Assembly: GCF_009914755.1 (NCBI RefSeq)
Contig: NC_060938.1
Reading direction: 5' to 3' (one strand)
Source: the human T2T-CHM13v2.0 reference genome, Homo sapiens
Length of the DNA: 64,000 bases
Below, piece after piece: positions 56,240-64,000 of this stretch (position 1 is its first letter; each line of letters starts with the position of its first letter). Under the pieces are notes generated by a model, which made no database searches, was not told where the DNA came from, and worked only from the letters and a program-made list of their open reading frames with translations. The translations under genes and the position numbers were made by a program.

Positions 56240-58309
56240 TAGAGCCATATTCTTTAATGTCTAAAAGCACTCTTGCATATTTATTACTGCATTGTTTGAA
56301 CTTAAATATCCACAACAGGATAACAGGATACTTAAACAATTTATTGCACTATGGCACATCCATCTGTTAACAAAATGAAATCGATCTTTCTGTACTGCGG
56401 TGGAATGATTTTCTGAACTTAGTTCAGGTAAAAAAAAGACCACTGTTGAATAATGCTTCTGGTATAACACAATGTGTTTGAAAATGTACACAATACTCTG
56501 TAATATCCAATGCATACATCTATCAAAGTAAATATATTTTATTCTAGGGTAATTATTAAAACATTAAGAAATACTCTTTAATCATATATGTTAAACCTTG
56601 TAGAAAATCAATAACATACAAGTAAAGAAATTCAAGAAGCCAAAAAAAGTAATTCCGAGTGTAGAAAGCATGGTGAGAAGTGATGGAACAAAACTGCAGA
56701 AATTTAAAATGCAAAATTAAAATACATAACTCTTAATTAAAATACATAATTCTTCATTGAACCCCGAATCTGTCAGGATGTATGTGTGATCTTGGACAAC
56801 ACATTCAACCTCCTCACACTGAATTTTCTTGAGTGTAAACTGTTTTAGAGATGTTCCTCACCCGGTTGCATGAAGCACATCTGTGTGTGTTAAGGCACTT
56901 CCCACAGCATCTGTGACACAGAACAGTGGCAGCTGTGCTCTTCGTGGTCCCTGCACACAGGCCCACAGCAGTATATTGTGTGTTTTTTTTATATAAAAGC
57001 TTTGAAAATGCCCCACAGCTTCCTCAGTAACTGACTGTCAAGAGGGGCAGCCTTCAAAAGTAGAATTCTGGCAAAGGTCTTCAAAAGACACGAAATTCTG
57101 GCAACGGGCCCATTTCCCTCTCGCCTTGCTCTTCTGGATGCATCCATTCTCTCCCACAGCATAGTCGTTTTCTTCCACTCCACTGTAGAGACTGTCCTTC
57201 TAGTGACAACAGTGACTTGAGTGATATGCGGAAATTTCTTTCCAAGCCTGTTGGAGAAGCGTCCTCTGCCTGCTTCTTTTTGGCCACCTCCTGCCATGGT
57301 AAGAGCAGAGGGCCTCCAGGGCTGCTCTGTCACCCCCAACAGCATGGACCTCACTGCAGTCACTCCGGAAGCTTCCCTCTAAAGGAAGCTTGTGCAGGAA
57401 ACATCATGCATGGAGCAGCATGGGGACAGGGGCTGGCCAGCTGGGCAGGTCTCACACTCCTGACACTCAGACTCCACGATACTCCTCTGTCCCCACCCAG
57501 GGCAGATCCCTGCCCTAAAACTTTCCCCCCTCATGTCCAGCAAATGCTGCATGGAGCCCTGGAATTCTATGTGGCAAGCTAGGAAGGGGGAGAGCTGAAA
57601 TGAAGATGTAATCACCCTTTCCAAAGAGGTCAGTCCGGTACTAAGCTGTGCTCCTGGGCAAGCTCTCCAGGCTGAGGGAACAGGAGCAGGGGTTATGTTG
57701 GGTGAAGGTGGAAGTGAGGGACCTCCCAGGAGGTGTAGAATATTCCACTAGGGAGACCTCATACCCTTTGAGGATTAGACCTTGAGGCCTGGAGATCCCC
57801 AGGCAATTAGTATTGAAAGTCGAAAAGCCAGTGACAGGAATAGGAAGGCCCACTGTGTCATTCACAAAGCACTTCCAAACCCATCATCACAGGTGACCCT
57901 CACAACAACCCTGTGAGACCTGCAGGGCAGGGGCTCTCACAAAGGAGGAGTCAGGAATGTCAAGACTTTAACACCTTCTCCAAGTCAGGATCAGGAAATG
58001 CTGTCCCAGCCCTGACCTATATTCCCTATGCTTCCTCCCACAAAACAGCTTAGGGTGACTGCCAACTTGTGGGCAGAGACCCTCACTTTCCAATCCCCAC
58101 AAGGGGCTGTGCAGTGGGGAGGATGAGGCCCCCTCCTCTGACTGTCTCCTCCAAGACCCTGTTTTCTGAGGAAGGTCACTCTGGGAACTGTTGGCCTCTG
58201 CAGATGGGGGCCTGGACCATGTGGAAACACGACGTGAAGGTCACACCTTGCAGGCACCAGTGCTGGAGGGCAAACCTCACCTTTAAAAACTCACACTTTT
58301 TATTTTAAA

Positions 58310-58632
58310 TTTATTTTTATTTTTAATTTATATGAGTACATGGTAGGTGTATATATTTATGGGGTACATGAGATAGTTTGACACAGGCATGCAATGTGTA
58401 ATAATCACATCAGGGTAAATGGGGCATTCATCACCTCAAGCAAGGGAAATGCCAGATGCTTATAAAACCATCAGATCACATGAGAACTCACTTACTATCA
58501 TGAGAACAGCATGGGGGAAACTGCCGCCATGATTCAGTTACCTCTCACTGGGCTTCTCCCATGACACATGAGGATTACGGAAATTACAGTTCAAGATGAG
58601 ATTTGGGTGGCTGAACAGCCAAACCATATCAC
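58310..58632 (-). mobile_element. L1MA 3' end (~58310-58445) joined to a THE1/MST LTR fragment (~58445-58632)
   Basis: TATATATTTATGGGGTACATG; ATAAAACCATCAGATC...CCAAACCATATCA. Confidence 0.7.
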
Positions 58633-58843
58633 CTTATAAAATTAATAAAGTGGAAATAGCAGCGGGCCTGAGTCCTGGCACCTGCCTTGTGATGCCCCCT
58701 CTTGAGGAGGGCCTGGCTTCTGTGCCATGCAGAAACTTTCCTGTGCTTCCTGTGGGCTTGGGGTGAGCCAGGTCCTCCTGGGGGAGCTGGGCACTTGTGG
58801 GACAGGAGGGTCCCTGGCCTGGGGTGTCCATTTGCCTCCTTAC

Positions 58844-60199
<1,356 letters not shown>

Positions 60200-62789
60200 T
60201 CACCATGGAAGCATGTCACCTGAGAGGGATGAGGCCATCTGGGAGGACTCGTGTCACTGGAGAGGACAGAGGTCACCTGGGAGATCTCCCTCAGGCCCTA
60301 GGGGATGTAGGGCGCAGACTCTGCACCCGTCCCCTGACCCTGGACATGAGGGCTAAGCAAGTCCCCCACAACTCAGTTGAAAAGGGACCTGGAGGGACTT
60401 CTGCAGTGAGTGTCCAACCTCACATGGTCTGAAGGGGCACAGGCAAGGGTCATTCACATCCCCTATCATGGGCCAGGCTGGAAAGGCCAGTGTGCCAGGC
60501 CTGGGGAAGCACCTGTGAACTGCACCCACCACAAGGGCAGGCGGTGGGCCACTGATCACCACACAATGGATCGTGTGATGGCCCAGGGGCTGCCTGCCAG
60601 GCACAGGAGGGCAGCTGGGTCCAGACCCTATGTGAGCAGCCCGTGGAGTGATCTCAGCAGCTCTCCCTGTCTGGAATGGTCTGGGAAGTGGGGGCCAAGC
60701 AGGAACAGCCACCTGGGTGACCTCCTCCCTGTCTACTGTTCTCTTACAGGGTTAAGGCAAAGGGGAAATTGGATCCCTGCCAGGTTTCCAATAAAGAGGC
60801 TTCCTCAGGATTCAAACTCATTTCATGAGAAGAGCCTGGCCCCATCAGGCACCTCAGCAACTTGTCAAACATGTCTCTTGCAAGGACTATCCTGTGTGCA
60901 ACACTGCTAAGCTCCTTGTTTTGGGCAGCACCAGGAGGGGAGGGTCATTTCTTCTTCTGAGACATGGTGGTTGGGTCCAGGTGACATCCACAGTCTGGGC
61001 CCTGACCCCTTTCACTCTCAGCGGGACCCCTTGAGACACCAGCTTCCCTTCCTTGCTTGGGTCTCCACACCAGCAGTTCTACCTACTACATTATTACAGC
61101 CAGATCAGGATCAATGTCCTCTCTCTGGAATAAATGCAGTGACCACTGTTCTTTGAGCATTATTTATCTTAAATTATTGTTTTAATTAGAAATGTATTTC
61201 ACTTATATTAGCCAAATTTCCTTTCAATGTAACCAAATTTCTTTTAAGTGAAAATTAAATATTTACCTTCTGCTATCAAGCATTCTATGTACACAAAATG
61301 TTTATTTTTTTCAACTTTAGAAAAAATTGAAAATGTCTACATGCTACTAATCTAAAAATACAGGCTCTGGGTTTATATGGTGTTTACCTTTCTTCCAAAT
61401 TTTAAGGAATAGATATTTAAATGGCATCCACTTTGTTTTAAAATACATAAAATGTTTTAAGCTTTTGACCTCAAAATTTACAGTAGCAAAGCTACTCCGT
61501 AATGAATAAACCACAGAATCAAAACAAAGAAAGATTCCACAGACCAGTCTAACCAACAATACAATTATAAACTAGTTGTTCAAATATCAAAAACCAATTT
61601 CAATGACAAATGAATGGTATGAAAACCCCGCAAATGTCAAGTAGAATATATTATACTTGAATGAAATTATGAGTTGAGAGTAGGAAATCTATGTTTAACC
61701 AAGCAAATTAAATAATGTTTATGAGGAAATTATACTGCTAATGTTTTATTATTTGGCAAGCTATTCAGTGGAACACAAAGATATTCTTAACGAAGTCGAA
61801 AATATATTTTAAAATGTTACTGAAGTGGATTAAAAAATAATGAGGACATGAATAACTTTTAAAAGTATTCGGCGATAAAGAGAGAAAAATAAATTTAGAT
61901 TTCATACATACATAAAATATATTTAAAAAGTTGTGTTTTCTGGTTGCTCAAATAAAAGGAGCAGATATTTAAATTCCATGCCTTTCATTTTAAAGTTTAG
62001 GAAATGCTTATAGCTTTCCACACTGACATTTATACTGACACAGTTAATCTAATCGAGTGATAACAAAATCAAAACAAGCAGAATTCTCTTGAGCAATCTA
62101 TTTTCTTGATTTTTAAAAGTCAATGTACTCTCAAAGAAACAAAACTATTATTCGTGGATTCTGTTATTTGAAAACATTTACTGATCATTTACCTTACAGC
62201 AAGTGATCTCCAGCTCGTGGAAAAATATGTAAAGGTGCCCAGCTGCATTAAGCTTAAACTCTTCTGAAGGAGAAAAGAAGCAATGGAATAGGGACATTAA
62301 AGCAGGAGTGTGGTGATATGGCTGAGACTTCTACTTGCACACTGTGGTAGCTGTGTGGAGAATGGATTGAAAAAAGGGCAATGACAGAAGCTTAAGTTAG
62401 TATCAAATATGGCAATCCTGTAAATTTAGGTATCCTTGAAATAAGAAAAATGTATAATAGTTCTCATTATTTCCCCAAGAAATCTCTGCACTTGGCCTTG
62501 TGAGGGAAGCGCTATAGTTACCAAGTGGTGGGGGTGGGAAGGTGAATTTGAAACAACATTTGGAATTACTACACTTTAAAGGTAAAGCTGACAGGAATTC
62601 CATACACGTCAGATCTGAAAATGTGTGTGTGTGTGTGTGTGTCTGTCTGTGTGTGTTTGTGTGTGTGTGAAGCAGGGAGAGAGAGCAAGAGTGAAAGTGA
62701 GCATGAGAGAGAGGAGAGAGAGGGAGAGAATCAGACAGATACAGAAAGAGATTGACAAGAGCTACAGAGACAGAATTGAAAGGGGACAC

Positions 62790-63330
62790 CAAGAATATTG
62801 AGCTGAGAAACTATAAAATGGGAGTTGCCATTAAACAGAATGGGGAAGAGCAAATTTGGGGAGTTTCAGTGGCTCAATATAGACATATTAATTTTGAGAT
62901 TCCTAACTGACATCCACGTGGATAAGTCAGGGAGTGTTGGGTGTAGTGTCCAGTGTTTAGGTGTAATATGAAATATCAGGAAATTAATGACACAAACATT
63001 AGTAAGAAAGCAAAGATAAGAAGTCGAAGTCCTGAGCCTAATGGTCCTCTAACATTTAAAAAATAGAAAAGATGAAACCTGCAATAAAGGACTAGGGGTA
63101 ATTATCAAAAACATGGTGGGGGGAAAGTAGGTTAAGTATTCTGGAATTCTATAAAAAAGTTTTACAAAGAGAAGGTGGAGATCAACTGTGTGAAATGCTG
63201 CTGATATATAAATTAAGACGAAGGCCGAGGAGTTATGGTTCAATTTATAGTTTAACAATATGGATAGCACTTATGTTTTGATATGAGCAGCTTCGTTGGA
63301 GTGAGTAGGTGAGAAATCATATTGGAGTGG
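62790..63330. mobile_element. L2 fragment
   Basis: GAGTTGCCATT...TTTTGAGAT...GACATCCA...ATCAACTGTGTGAAATGCTGCTGA. Confidence 0.5.
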
Positions 63331-63519
63331 TTGCTGAAATGAAAGTCTGATCTCTGGATTCTTAAGGAAAAATTTTATTGGACTGCAGAGACATAAATTG
63401 GATTTTTAATTCTGGAGTCAGGATGTGCTCAGTAAACATGTGCCCATTAATGCCTCCTCACATTTTTTTAGCTCGGTATTCTGTTATCTTTTAATAATAT
63501 AATAATGACTTGCAAAACC

Positions 63520-63750
<231 letters not shown>

Positions 63751-63757
63751 GAAATCC

Positions 63758-64000
63758 CAGCCAAGTGCGGTGGCTCATGATTGTAATCCCAGGGCTTTGG
63801 GAGGCTGAGACAGGTCGACCATCTGAGGTCAGGATTGAGAACAGCCTGGCCAACATGGTGAAACCCTGTCTTTACTAAACATACAAAAATTAGCTGGGTG
63901 TGGTGGGGGGCACCTATAGTCCCAGCTACTTGAGAGGCCAAAGCAGGACAATCACTTGAACCTGGAAGGCAAAGACTGCAGTGAGCTAAGATCATGCCAC
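63758..64000 (+). mobile_element. Alu (runs off the window end)
   Basis: Alu motifs. Confidence 0.9.

Noticed and set aside
56989-57363. 124-aa ATG ORF near the TBC1D fragment
   Set aside because: No recognisable homology or supporting gene structure

Overview
Human (great-ape-type) acrocentric short-arm sequence spanning the 3' (proximal) edge of an rDNA array. 1-21590 is the distal intergenic spacer (IGS): the 4550-bp long repeats with CT-rich blocks, about 13 Alus or Alu fragments, the CDC27 retrocopy, a CTCF site, the spacer promoter, Sal boxes and the Pol I promoter. A last, truncated 45S unit follows: TSS 21591, 5'ETS 21591-25246, 18S 25247-27142 with a 27-nt tandem duplication, and a decayed ITS1 that breaks off near 27850. 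There is no 5.8S, 28S or terminator array. The ITS1 is fused to about 1.4 units of the ~5.7-kb ACRO composite (147-bp ACRO1 repeats). Read as a gene, that unit has a GC box/E-box/TATA/Inr promoter, a 124-nt intron, a decayed Ser/Pro-rich ORF of about 840 codons with CTD-like 49-aa repeats, and a polyA signal. The rest (36-64 kb) is TE-rich proximal-junction DNA with an L1PA, a young AluYa5-lineage insertion, an MST element and unprocessed TBC1D26/TBC1D3-family exon remnants. No intact protein-coding gene is supported. Comparisons to reference sequences and TE family names are from recall, not alignment.
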